Origin: Camelus ferus
Lineage: Eukaryota
Length of the DNA stretch: 64,000 bases
Assembly: GCF_009834535.1 (NCBI RefSeq)
Contig: NC_045696.1
Coordinates: 62,560,001-62,624,000, forward strand
Direction: 5' to 3'
The notes beneath the pieces were generated by a model. The model was given only the letters and a program-made list of their open reading frames with translations, was not told the origin of the DNA and did not search any database. Positions 25,266-37,812 of the stretch are shown here, piece after piece (positions within the stretch are counted from its first letter, which is position 1; every line of letters begins with the position of its first letter). Both the position numbers and the translations under genes were made by a program.

Positions 25266-27059
25266 TTGAAGTCCCTTCATTGGCCAGCCTTGGTCTTGCC
25301 TTCTGTTCCTTGGGCCCCATACCAAGGCTTCAAGTTCTCCTGATGAGGAAATGCCCTTAAGGTGAAAGCTGGCTTCCTTGCTCTGCTTACTTCTGTGGCT
25401 TCCAATTTTCACTCAGTCTTTCGCCTCTTGAGTATTCTGTCCTAATTTGTCAGCTCATCAATATATTTAAATTCTAATATTATATATTTTATTAACATTA
25501 TTAATTGCTTTCATTATGAAATCATATCTGTCACATTTTAAGTACTATAAAATATTAATCAATATTAATAGTAATTATATTGAAGACTTAATTTATCTCA
25601 AGAAATATAGTTGAAAGTTAGAAAAATACTTATAATGCACTGCACTTTCAAGGAAGTCTTATTTTATGTTTTAAATAGCTTTAGGATTGATAAAAACTAC
25701 CAGTGTTACAAATGAAATCTTTACAATATTGCCAAACTCAATTATGTCTGTTGCTGACAAATCTGTCTGCATAATTAAATAAATTATAGCCTCAAATAAA
25801 TGAGGGAATTAAAGTTTCCCTGATTTTTTTCCCCAAAGAAAAAGTAGGAAGAAAAATAGCAGATCATTTATAGATTCTGTTTCATTGATTGTTTTAGATT
25901 ATTATGTCTTTATGGTTAAATTTTGAGAGATGTTGGAAGTGCTTGTTGTTAGTTCTGGAGTTAGTCTCTTTCCTTTTCCCATCGTCATAGACCCTTAGAT
26001 TTGGAAAGCCTTTAGGTGATTCTCACTCTGCTTCCCCTCCAGTGCAGGATCCCCACATCCGAGCATTCTTGGCAGGTGGTCATCTAGCCTCTACCAAAAT
26101 CTTTCTCAAGACCAAACGTTACTACTCTCTCATAGGATAGCATTCCAATTCTGATCATTGGTCCAGAAGTAATTTTGAAAGTTTCAAGATTGATTTTTAG
26201 AGTTTTAAATTTTGGGATTATAGCAGTCTTAGAGTTTTGTTGAAATTACTTTAGATGGTTATCAGGAAATATTTTAAATATAGGATTTCTGATTTCAAAA
26301 CTTAATGAATCATTGGAGAAAAATTAAGAATTTGAATTACATTCAGTGAAGGATAGAATGATTAGAATGACAGAAGATGACTGAATGAACTCCATAGTCG
26401 TCATAAAAAAGTAAGCTCAGAATGCCCGCTTCACACTGTAGTGGTTCTCCTTTGCAAAACTTAATTTTATTTTAGGAAAAAAAGCCTTTATCCTTTTCAA
26501 CTCTCACATAGTGGAGTTATTATTCCTATCAGATTTTTAAAAACTACCATGATAGTAATATATTTATAAAATAGTGATAGGTATAAGTAATCTCAAATGT
26601 AACCATATTCCTTTTTGAAAAATTGTTAGCATAAACAATACCATAAAATATTGGGATTAAATGAAAGCATTTTAAACATAACACCCTATAAAATTAAGTT
26701 ATTCCCTTTGTTTATTTGTATACATATTATTTTATACTTTTAATCACAGTGTATATATTATTTTTTATACAACTTATATGATTTATATTGTTTTCTCTTT
26801 TAATGTATATTCTGTATGATAATCTGCATTTTTATATTATGATAATAATTATTGAAAATAGTCCTAAATTGAAATACATACTTTAATATGTTAAAGCATT
26901 CTATTATTGAACATTATTCCCCTTTCTTATGAATATTGTTGGTATAACTGTCTTAATACAAAGCTTTTCTGCTGTTTGAGCTGTTTCTCTAGGATAGATT
27001 TGTTGTCTAAGGAACTTAGTAAAAATCATATGAACTTTTTAATGTGTTATTTTGTCTAG

Positions 27060-27172
27060 GATTTCTCCAGTGATGATTCTAAGTTAGAATATAATGTAGA
27101 TGCTGCAAATGGCATTGTTATGGAAGGATATCTGTTCAAACGAGCCAGCAATGCTTTCAAAACTTGGAACAG
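27060..27172 (+). CDS. ACAP2: ACAP2 exon 10 (113 nt), start of PH domain: DFSSDDSKLEYNVDAANGIVMEGYLFKRASNAFKTWN(R)
   Basis: ttgtctag|GAT...AACAG|gtaata. Confidence 0.97.
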
Positions 27173-30100
27173 GTAATATATTTCAAATACCAGTCTTGTT
27201 CTTTCCATATGCTCAGTTTCCTGACTTTCCCTGTGGTTTGGCAACTCTTTTCTTCATAATTCTCTAAATTCACAGTCCATAGTAACTTTCCTGAACCCAA
27301 TCTGCTGAAGATAAGTAAGATGGCCTTTGAGGGAAGGGGCCTTAAGAAGCAAGTGAAGAATAGCAATTCTAATTCTAAAATTTAGGCAAAGTGTAAACTA
27401 GGAAGCAAGGAGAATTCTTATGCTTGGTCTTTAGTAACTAGATCATCACAATAAGTAAAATTTGAATGTGAACTACCTCCTGTATTTGTTATGCAGTAGA
27501 TCTGATTGCAAATTACATACTGAATATATTGGGATAAATAGGAAAAGTGAGCTGCTTTTTCCTTTAGGTTCCACCCCATATGATATTTATGTGCATTTTT
27601 ACTTAATGTTTGCTTCTGAATCTTTAAGTGAAGTGATCCTGATTTTTTGATTTTTGCAGTAACTTTAACCAGGAGTTTTAGGAAATGGGATTGTTTCTAT
27701 ATATGAAGTGCGCGTGGCAGCTGATGCTCCTTTATTCTAAACTTGATGGCTACCAAAAATATTATAAAATATTAATTCAGTAAATATCTTTTGAATGAAT
27801 GTGTAAAACATTTTATTGTATCTTCTCATGTATTAATATAATGAAGTGAAATAATTTCAGATATTAAGGAAAAAATAAAAAAGATTGGCTTGTCTCAAGA
27901 TCATCCTTCTGAGTAACAATGATAAATCTTTTATTCAAAGATGCCTCCCTTCTTGCGAAAAAAAAAAAAAAAATAAAGGGTAGTCCGAACAATTTTGTAA
28001 TAATTGAGAAGAGTTTTGGGTTCTGGTTAACTGATTTACTGTTGTATTATTGGTTGAATGTATATATTTTATTTGCCACTTGAACAGGATATGAATTCAC
28101 TTAATGATAGAGAAGATTGTTTTCTTTAAAAAAAATGGACATTAGCAAAATAAATAGAATTTTCTTGGTAAGTTTAATTTAGTATACATTTTTGTTAATT
28201 TAAATGGAAACAATTCTAATTGACTATTTAATATATTGAAATGGGTTCCTAGTGCACTTATTTTGATTTCCTGGTGATGAGGTTATATAGAATAAACATT
28301 CACTGATATTTTCAAACATCAGTGATTTATTACGTATTTCCCTAGCATTTGATACTGTCAAATGTTTAAATGGTACATGATGTGTTTTATTTGAAGTAAT
28401 TTTTCTTTACCTAAGAATAAATATAAACTGGGAAGAATAATGATTATATTTGATATTAACTTTTTGAGTTATGTAGAACTTTTAAAGTAATATATGAACA
28501 TCAAAGGATCAACTAAGATAGTCTGGTTAAGAAATAGTGTTTTAACTATTGTAAAGTAAAAATGAAAAATTAAAATTCTGTTTTCTAAGCTGTAAAAATT
28601 AGGTCAATAATCTTTTAAGCTTTCCTGGCAAATTTCCATAGCCAGAGTAGAAAATTAAAATAAAAAATAGTGTGAATGTCAAATTTTTATAATAAATAAA
28701 GATTTCTCAACCAGTATGGTTTCATGAGGTAATATTAGAATTGAATTTTAACCTTCAGACTTCAAAACAACCTACTTAAAGTTTAACACAGTGAAAATGC
28801 AATAGATCCATAGAAACTGTACCATTGTGTTAAGAAGAAATGAAATGAACTTCCATGGACTACTCCACTCAGATATGCTCTCAGACTTCAAATTGAAGCA
28901 CAGTAAGTGTTAGTAGAAAATTGCATTCCCTTTTAGGACAATAAAAGAAAATTGATTCTGATTTAAGGGTGAACTCTTTCATTTTTAAAATTTATTTCAT
29001 GGATTTTATTAATTGGCATAGACATTAAAATGTGACTTAAATAGGGAATAACTGTTAAATTCTCAGTTGTAGATATATTACCTACCATTTGCAAAGTAAG
29101 AAAAAATAACTTTGGAAACAAGGCCACTTTTTGACAGAGATGCCATCTCTATGTAGTGGGATGACAGTTATTGACTAGAACCATAGATGTAGTTCAACTG
29201 CCTGATTTTTAGTAAAGAAATGGAGGTGCATGGAGATAGTTGTTCATTCAAGGTCACATAGCTGGATGTAACAAAATTGAGGCCCAAAACCTGGCATTTT
29301 TTTTAACTTGCTATAGAAATTCTAAACAGTCTGTATTTTGATAACATAAAATATAGCTTCAACTATTAAAAAATAACTTAAAACTATTAAAAAAAACCCT
29401 TCCTAATCCACTTACATTACTAGGAATAAATTATAGAAAGCAAATTAATTTCATTTTCATATGCCTTTAAAGAACACTTTGATGAAAACACTAGTAAAAA
29501 GCAGACTTGTAAGGAATATAGCATATAAGCATTATATAAAACTCCTCACAAACTAAAAGTCAGAACCTTGTAACAAAAATCTTAAATGTTTTCTAGTTAT
29601 AGGTCAATAAGTATAAAAGAGAGGAAACAGAGTAGTCTATTAAATGTTATTTAGAATTCTCTTTGCTTTTCAATTTTAAAAATTTGGAATATATCTCAAT
29701 GTTTTAATATGAAATTTATCTAAAATCTAATCTTAGGAAATACTTGCAAATAATTTTCCTTTATCTATATAAGTACTTCAGAGTCTGCTCTACTTCTCTA
29801 GTTCTCTATCCAGCTTGATTTAGTATCTTCTACTAGCCTCTGAATAGAAGACTTGTGTTTTTGTGATATCTGTGCCTTTACTTTAAAAATCCAGCAATTC
29901 AGCTATTAAAACATAAAGATTTTTTTTCTGCCCATTGTTTAAGTACTTTTAAGGATTGTGGATTAGTTGTAGGGAACACATTTTCTTATAGTCACCATAA
30001 GGTACCAATCATATAATGATAAATTTGCCATTGTCTATCTATAGTTTTATAGAATAGTGGCATGTATTTTCAAAATCAGCTTTTTAAAAAGATCTTCCTG

Positions 30101-31274
30101 AGGGAAATGTGAATTTGACTTGGAATTCCCAGATAGTTTTAAAACCTCACCCTGTACTTCATAAAATCTAAGTATCACTTGAAAGCATTATTCTATAATC
30201 TGAAATTTAACTGAAGAGATTGTATGATATGATTGAAATAGCATAAGGAGTGAAATGTTTTATGTCGTAAGTGAACTGTTGAGCTTGTTTCTGATTGGTT
30301 TCAGATTTCTAACTTGTGGTGTCTCTTAAGATTTTTATATGTCTATAATATATATGTTTTGAAGATGTGATATCTACTAAAATAATCTTTCTGTATTAGA
30401 CCATCTTCTCAGTGTGGCAGCATCACTTCAGGCTAAAGTCAGTGCTAGTTGGATTACTAATATCTATATTTCTCCTTTGCTTTTCATGATAAATTTAGAA
30501 AAGATGAAGGAACAAGGAAAATAATTAAATATTAACATAGTTTATTTAGTAATGAGCTGTTAAAACTAATAAAGAAGCTGAATAATTACATGCTATGCTC
30601 ACTCTTTGTTGAACTAGAAAGTATAGCCAAAAGCATAAATGTTTTATATAGCATCTTAAAGCTAAGTATTCTATGTGCTGCTGGTGCAGGTATAAATTTT
30701 AGTTTTTACTGGCTTTTTATTTTAAAGTAAGAAGTATATACATAGATTAAAGGTAAACTCTATTTATGTGTGGCTTTAGAGCCTCTGCTATCATTTGATG
30801 AAAAGGGGGTGAGCAGGTGGTGGGAACTTTGCCTTATGGAAAGTTTGCATTTGTTTCAGGTTTATACAGATACATCTATAGTGATTATTTCCTTCATTAG
30901 GATGAGGAAAGGTACTATCTGTATTTTATAGCTATGACCATAAAGGCAGAAAATAATAGTGGAGTGTGCTTAGTCCTGCCAGAACCTTCTATACCATAAT
31001 ACTTGTAGAAAAATTTTGAATATTTCTGAAATATTATTGTTTCAGATTCCTAAGAGTTGGAATTAAATGTATAAATGCAAGTATGTATAATATATGAGCA
31101 AAATGCAAGATATTTTTGACTATTTTGTTAGGTTATGAGCTTAAGCCGGTTCCTTTAATTCTTGCTTTATTTTCATATCATGCTAGTCCTTTGCTTATTT
31201 TGCACATTTGCGTTTTCATTCTTTTACCACCTTTCCTTTATGTTTTAATCCTGCCCCATTTTTTCACATGACAG

Positions 31275-31295
31275 GAAAAAGCCCGATCATATCAG
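31275..31295 (+). CDS. ACAP2: Putative alternative 21-nt microexon in PH domain, (R)KKPDHI(R)
   Basis: ~130-nt pyrimidine-rich upstream tract, cacatgacag|GAAAAAGCCCGATCATATCAG|gtacca; phase 2/2, frame-preserving, no stop. Confidence 0.72.
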
Positions 31296-32361
31296 GTACC
31301 AAATGGCTTCCTTCCCCTCACTCCTACCTCTCCAATTTCCTCTTTGGCACGAGAAAGCTCATAATTAACCTGCATTTCAGTTGGATTACTTGCAATGGAT
31401 ATAAAGTCTCTTATGTTTTAAATTGGGAAGAAAATACAAACATCTTATTTGAGGAATGGAATTATACCTTTTCATTGCTTATCTCCCCAATTTGTTTTAA
31501 TCTGGAAAAGAACATTTGATATATTTATAGTTATCCAAAGAAGATACAGATTGAGTAATATGAATAACTTCATGTATATATATATTTAAGAGAAATAGCT
31601 AGTAAATGCTTTTTAAAATTTTTAGATAGTTACTTAGGAAATAATCCTTTTGGTTATAACTGTATTAATTATGTTTAAAGAAAGCATTGTTAGTTTCTAG
31701 TTTTTTTTGTTTATTATACCATTTTGGTCTTTTTCCCTGGGAAAAATTAAATTGAATTTGAAATAAAGTAGCATATACATGTTTAAACTTTTAATTTTGT
31801 TAAATGCTCACCTATTTGGCACCTATATAAATGTATTCATGAATCCATCATCTGTATAGTTTTAGTGATAAAGTTTCTACTGATTTTGAAGTTGACTTTT
31901 ACCCAAGTTCTTGATTTCAAGTGAGTTCTGGGACTAGTGATCAAAATTGTAAAAGCTACTTGATTTATTTTTTAAGGTACCTCCCCCCCACCCCCCAATT
32001 TTGTCATCTGGAATCTCTCATTGGTATTTAAAAATTAATATTTAATTGTTTATGAATAAGTTTATTGGGTTATTTCAATTTGAGATAGATATAAAGTGAT
32101 GGCTTAATCTTCTTAAAACCAAGACATTTTCCTTTTTAAAAAGTGTTTTATATTTTGACTTTGTGGTCAGTTTCTGAACTTTGTAGACTATAGTGTAATT
32201 GTCAGCACAGGTCTTTCCAACATTTGTTTTTTTATTATTTAATTACCTTTTAATGTACCTTCAAATTGCAGATAGCATGAGCTTGACATATTTAGTGTAT
32301 TTTCTATATTCCATAGACTGTGAATTGTCTCATTTTCCCTTTTATCAGAAATGTTAAGAGA

Positions 32362-32490
32362 GGGGGAGGGTATAGCTTAGTGGTAGACCGTGTGCTTAGC
32401 ATGCATGAGGTCCTGGGTTCAATATCTAGTACCTCCGTTAAAAAATAAATAAATAAATAAACCTAAACAACCTCACCCCCCCAAAAAAAA
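32362..32490 (+). mobile_element. Vic-1-like camelid tRNA-derived SINE
   Basis: GGGGGAGGGTATAGCTTAGTGGTAGA..GAGGTCCTGGGTTCAAT..AAATAAATAAACCTAA..CCCC + A-tail; TSD core AGAAATGTT. Confidence 0.9.
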
Positions 32491-34438
32491 AGAAATGTTG
32501 ATAATAACTGGAATTATTCTATAGGAGCAATTAAAAATTGTATTTCATTTTACTTTCCTGATTGAAGTCTTGATTAATCTAAATGAGTATAGTTAGCTCC
32601 TTTTTCTTTTTTTAATGGCAGAGGAGGGGAGATCGTGTCATAAGACATATAAATCTTAGTAATTAAAAATTTTTTTCTACCTAGGATACATTGTGGCATT
32701 TTTCCTTAGGAGAGATCAAATTAAGATGAATTTATAGTATTTTTCTTAAGTGTACAAAAATCGATGATGTGAAAAAGTCACCCAGAAGCAGAGAGACAGC
32801 AGGGAGTACTGGGCTTCATAAATATAAACGATCTATAAAGTTAATAATCAGAGGAAATAGTCTCTAACAAAAGTTTTTAATCTAGTATTTTGTTATTATG
32901 TTTAGAGGCTATTATTTTAAGATTCAGCAGGTCAAAGGAAATTTATTTTTTGAAGACCTCAGAAGCATGAAAAGTTTACATGGGTGTTTTTCCATTGTAC
33001 AATAAAATTCTTTGTAGTTTTTCATCAAATTATATATTATAATTATATAAAACAAAAATTTTATTAATATAGTTCACCCTACTTCAAATGATTTTTTTAA
33101 AAAACTCTTTAATCAATATCAGAGATTTTTTCCATTGCATGTCATCCCATGTGGCAGGGCTGCACCATTTTGTTTGTTTGTAGGTATTTCCTTTAACATT
33201 TCTAACCAACCATGTGTCCCAAAGCAAAGAAACCCAGAAGTTCTTCCTTTTCTAGCCTGCCTCTTGATGATTTACATTTGGAGGCAACCACTTGGTTTTA
33301 TCTAGATCCTTAATTAACAAATTTCTATTTTAATAGTAAAGGTGATACCTTTTTAAATAGCAAGAAAACCTAACAATCTATCTAGCTTAAAAATAGAAAA
33401 GCATCTAATCATTTTCTCAGCTTCGAGAATTAACCTTATTTTTTAAAAATAGAAATTCTAAATATATCTAAATACAACTTTTAGTGCTTTGTATTAGTAT
33501 CAATGAAAAGGTAGAATCTCTCTCTGCTAATAGATTAATAACTAATGTTTACAATAGAAATCATCTCACATAAAACTAATTTTAAAATAATGACTCAAAT
33601 ATTGTTTTACCTTTCATGCTTGATGAGAATTTTTGCTTTCTTTTGTGAATGGCTTTGGCTGTGATTTTTTTTTTTTTTTGTAAGTCTTTAGGTCCTTCTA
33701 CTGTTTTGATAAATTAGTAGCTTAGTTTTTTTCTTCTAAAGAAGATTGCAAGTGTTTGCCAATTAATTTACAGTAATGAGTGGGACAATATAAATATTTG
33801 TGTGAATCATTTTACTAATGATTTTTATTATTTTGCTTAGAAGTTTTTTACATGAAAGTAAGGCCAAGTGAGTTGGCAACTATTTCCTGTTTGATACCAG
33901 TTCTAAAGGGTGATAAAATTTTCTGTTTTGCTTAACAAATTGAATGTTTGTTGAATTAGCTGCAGAAAGGTTGAAAACAAAGCACCATTTATTTCAGTCT
34001 TTTATTGTATACAATGGATAGTTTTATTTATAATATAAATTTATTTCTACTTTATAACAAAAGCAGTTATTTTGTGGGAACAACTTAGTAATTTTTGAGG
34101 CAGCTCAAAAAGGTAAATTTTTATTTTAAAATAATCATTATTTGATAATAGCATAAGGCATAACAGCTTTTGTTAGGATATAAATTTCTGACATAAGAAT
34201 GAATCAAAATGTAGTAATTTTATTTTCCTATTTTGTGGTTTTAAAATTGTTTAAATTGTTTTTTTACTTTCAGTAGTTGTCTCATTGATGTCAGTTTATA
34301 TGAAGCAAAACAAAACAATGCACTTCTCAAAAAGTAACTACCATAAACTGATTTTCTAGTGCTTTCCCAAATACTTCATTTCTTACAACTGAAATAAATT
34401 ATGTTTGTGAGAACTTAATCTATTTTGTATTTATTTAG

Positions 34439-34490
34439 ACGCTGGTTTTCAATACAGAACAATCAGTTGGTTTACCAGAAAAAGTTTAAG
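34439..34490 (+). CDS. ACAP2: ACAP2 exon 11 (52 nt), PH domain: RWFSIQNNQLVYQKKFK
   Basis: ttatttag|ACGC...TTTAAG|gtaggt. Confidence 0.96.
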
Positions 34491-35770
34491 GTAGGTGTTT
34501 TGTGAAGTAATTAAGTGAAAATCCATTGAATCTCCAGTTTAAGTTTTTTTATTTGTTCCTCTTGGTAAAGCACTGAAATCCATAAATACTCATGAATGGA
34601 AAATTATCATTTATTGGTTTTATGTTTGAATAAGTATAAGAGGACTCATAAGTAGTAAGTATAAGCATTGATTCCTGAATTCTTAATTTCTAGCCTTGAG
34701 GTGGATTTTTCTGTGTCCCAAGATTATTACTTTTTCTCCTCCAGATGTTTCTTCGTCCAACTATGTGACAGGAATAACACTACCATTCCCTAGTACTGTT
34801 TTGAGGCTGAAAGAAAGGATGCTTTTTAAGAATATCACCTTAGGGTCAAAAGTGATAATATGGAAAGGTTAAAAATAACATAAATGTAAGCTTGAAGTAA
34901 TTTATATAGAAACCTCAAAATTTGTTTAAATTGTTTTTATGTATTTGTTTTCTTGAACCTTATTTTAAGGGGGAGGTATTTTTATTTAATGGAAAGATAT
35001 ATTGAGATTGCATGTGACTTGAGAATCTTAAAGATAACTAGAAAAAAAGAACTATTAGTTACTTGATGACTTGATTTTTACCAGGTTAGCCTGTATGAAT
35101 TATATATTCAACTGTACGTTTCAAGTATTTATTACTCTTGAGATGATACAGTGTGAAATTTTACTTGCTAGGTTCTATGGTAGCAGGTTTATTTCACACA
35201 AGTTCTTATAGTTGGTGGTTTTTTCCCTACTCTGATAAACTTGATTTTGAGTTTATATTTTTATTAAGTGCTAGAAAATGATAAAAAATTTCTCACTTTC
35301 TTAAATATTTTAAGAAGCATGTATAGGCTTCTTATTTTTCTTTCAGTTATGTAAAACTTGACTTATTAAATAGTTTTTTTTTTTTGAGGAAAGTGGCTTT
35401 TATTATATGTGAGTGGGGACCAGAAGAGAAATGGATATGAAAAAAAATGGAAAAAAATTAACAGGAAGCTAACACTTACTGAGCACTTGCTAATTAACTA
35501 CCAAGTGTTGGATGAAGCTCCTTATAGAAACTACTTCATTTAATCCTTTTACAGCAGTTTTAAAGGCAGATAAACTAATTAACAGGACAGAATTACCTTT
35601 ATTAGGTATATCTATGTTGATAACTCCTATTTCTAATCTAAAATAAGATAAAATATAAACCTTTAAAATTAGACCATTTATTCCAAGTACTGTTTTTCAG
35701 TATGTTTGTATTGGTAGTGGTATTTAAAATGTAGGTTGATAAATACTGGAGTTTTGTCTCCTTACTGTAG

Positions 35771-35871
35771 GATAATCCCACTGTGGTGGTGGAGGATCTA
35801 AGGCTCTGCACAGTGAAACATTGTGAAGACATAGAACGCCGCTTCTGCTTTGAGGTGGTTTCCCCAACAAA
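35771..35871 (+). CDS. ACAP2: ACAP2 exon 12 (101 nt), PH domain: DNPTVVVEDLRLCTVKHCEDIERRFCFEVVSPT(K)
   Basis: actgtag|GAT...ACAAA|gtgagt. Confidence 0.97.
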
Positions 35872-36469
35872 GTGAGTGATTCTCAAGAATTTGAGAGCTG
35901 CTTTTATGTTTCTATAGTTTGTCTTAAAGAACTTTGCAGAATAGAGAAGGATTTGTCTTTCACTTGTGATTATCTGAGCTAAAGAGGAAAAAATATTCTC
36001 AAAGTAAATTTTAATAATTAGTGATTATACCATATTATAGTCAGATATTAAAGTAGCTTCTACTCAGTATCATATTTGAATTCTATAAAGATTATTGATG
36101 TGGCCTTATGAAAACATTTTAGCTGTCATGGTAATGAACTGAAGTCATATATCAAATCATTTTCTTTGATAACTACCATTTCATATTTCTACTCAATGGA
36201 AAAAGTTAGTGTTATGTTTATATGGTAAATTAAAAATTTTTTTATACACACGAATAGGTGTTTCATTTTCAGTAGGTAATTGATTTCATTGGTTCCTTGA
36301 TTTCTTTATGAAGATACTCTGTCCTAAAGATAGATAAATAAAACCTTTCAACAGAAATAATTTTTTTTGTTGTTAGAAGATTATTAAATAACAAAGTGGA
36401 CAAAAAAGTAAACCGTCTTATTTTGGGGGTTAATTTAGTGTCTGAGAAAACCATGTTATTTCTTTTTAG

Positions 36470-36575
36470 AAGTTGTATGCTTCAAGCAGATTCTGAAAAG
36501 CTGCGCCAGGCATGGATTAAGGCTGTTCAGACCAGTATAGCTACTGCTTATAGAGAGAAGGGTGACGAATCAGAG
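36470..36575 (+). CDS. ACAP2: ACAP2 exon 13 (106 nt), end of PH domain: SCMLQADSEKLRQAWIKAVQTSIATAYREKGDESE
   Basis: tctttttag|AAGT...TCAGAG|gttagt; lies within ORF 36396..36620. Confidence 0.97.
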
Positions 36576-37513
36576 GTTAGTAAACAATACTTCAATACCA
36601 AGTATTGCCAAAAGTTTTAAATTTTAGTTGCAACATTGCATGATTATTATACTTTTTTATGGAGGATTTTTTTCTTGTAATGGAAATATGTTTTATTTTT
36701 AAATTATAGATTCAAATTCTCTTGACTGCACTCATCATTTTATTTCAATATGTCAATGTATGTTTAATACAGTATTTGAATATATGTCTCAGATTGACAT
36801 AAGGTGTTTTGATGTAAGTATTTCCCCCAAATATTTATTATTCTAATAAAATAGTGAATGTGAAAGTTATTTAAAATTGAAACTGGATAAAAAGCAAAAA
36901 AGGAAAGCTCATACTGTCTTCTAGTTGAAATCTCACTGGGGAAGGTAAGCTGAATATGCTCTTGGGTCATAGTCTGGGTTCAGCTCCTCAGTGAGTCTGC
37001 AGACTGAGTGAGGCTGTGAGTGAGTCTTGAGATATGAAATTCACCACTTCCTCCACTAGCTTCCTGAAAATGAGGCATTTGTGAGTCTGTGCATGTCTGA
37101 AAATGTCTTTATTCTGTGCTCATGTTTGTTTGATAATTTGGTTGAGTGTGGAATTTTTAGATTGGGAATAATTATTCTTAAGAATAACAATTCTTAACAG
37201 CATTGTTTTTGTAGTTTCTGGAGTTGCTGTTGGAGTCTTTCTTATTACTGATCTTTTGTACTCCTCCTCTCCAATTTCTTTGTTTTCTTTTTCTGGAATT
37301 TCTGGACTGATCTTAGGATTTTCTTATTTTTGTGTGTTTTTTGCTCTGCATTCAGGGAGAATTTATCAGTTACTTTTCCAAATCTTCTATTGAATGTTTC
37401 AGTTCTGCTAGCATATATTTAATTTACAGGAGTTCCTTTTTGTTTGCTGAATGTTTATACACATAAATCTATTCTTTTTTCATGCATATAACGTTAGAGT
37501 TGTAGTTCTTAAT

Positions 37514-37643
37514 TTTTTTTTCCCTTTTGGGGGGGATAATTAGGTTTATTTACTTATATATTTTAATGGAGATACTGGGAATTGAACCTAGGACCCTGTG
37601 CATGCTAAGCATACACTCTACTACTGAGTTATATGCCCCACTC
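37514..37643 (-). mobile_element. Vic-1-like camelid tRNA-derived SINE
   Basis: taattaggtttattta..ctgggaattgaacctaggaccctgtgcatgctaagcatacactctactactgagttata; TSD TGT(A/G)GTTCTTAAT at 37501 and 37646. Confidence 0.88.
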
Positions 37644-37645
37644 AC

Positions 37646-37812
37646 TGTGGTTCTTAATCTTGACTGCACATTATGATAACACAGGGAGCTTTAAAACATC
37701 TCAGTGCTTAGGTCCCACCCTAGAACAACTGAATGGAGTTAGGAGCCATGGCATCAATATTTTTAAAAGCTTTTTAGGTGATACCTGTGTGCAGGCAATG
37801 TGAGAACCATTT
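37646..37812. mobile_element. MER5A-like hAT-Charlie element (terminus interrupted by the SINE)
   Basis: gtggttcttaatcttgactgcacatta..ggagctttaaaa..tttttaaaagctttttaggtgat..tgagaacca. Confidence 0.75.

Noticed and set aside
30901..30911. cattag|GATGAGGAAAG|gtacta, 11-nt pseudo-microexon
   Set aside because: Frameshifting, weak donor and short tract; expected by chance.
32362..32436. tRNA-like sequence with A and B boxes
   Set aside because: It has an AT-rich tail, poly-A and TSD, and four similar copies occur in the window, so it is a SINE head and not a tRNA gene.
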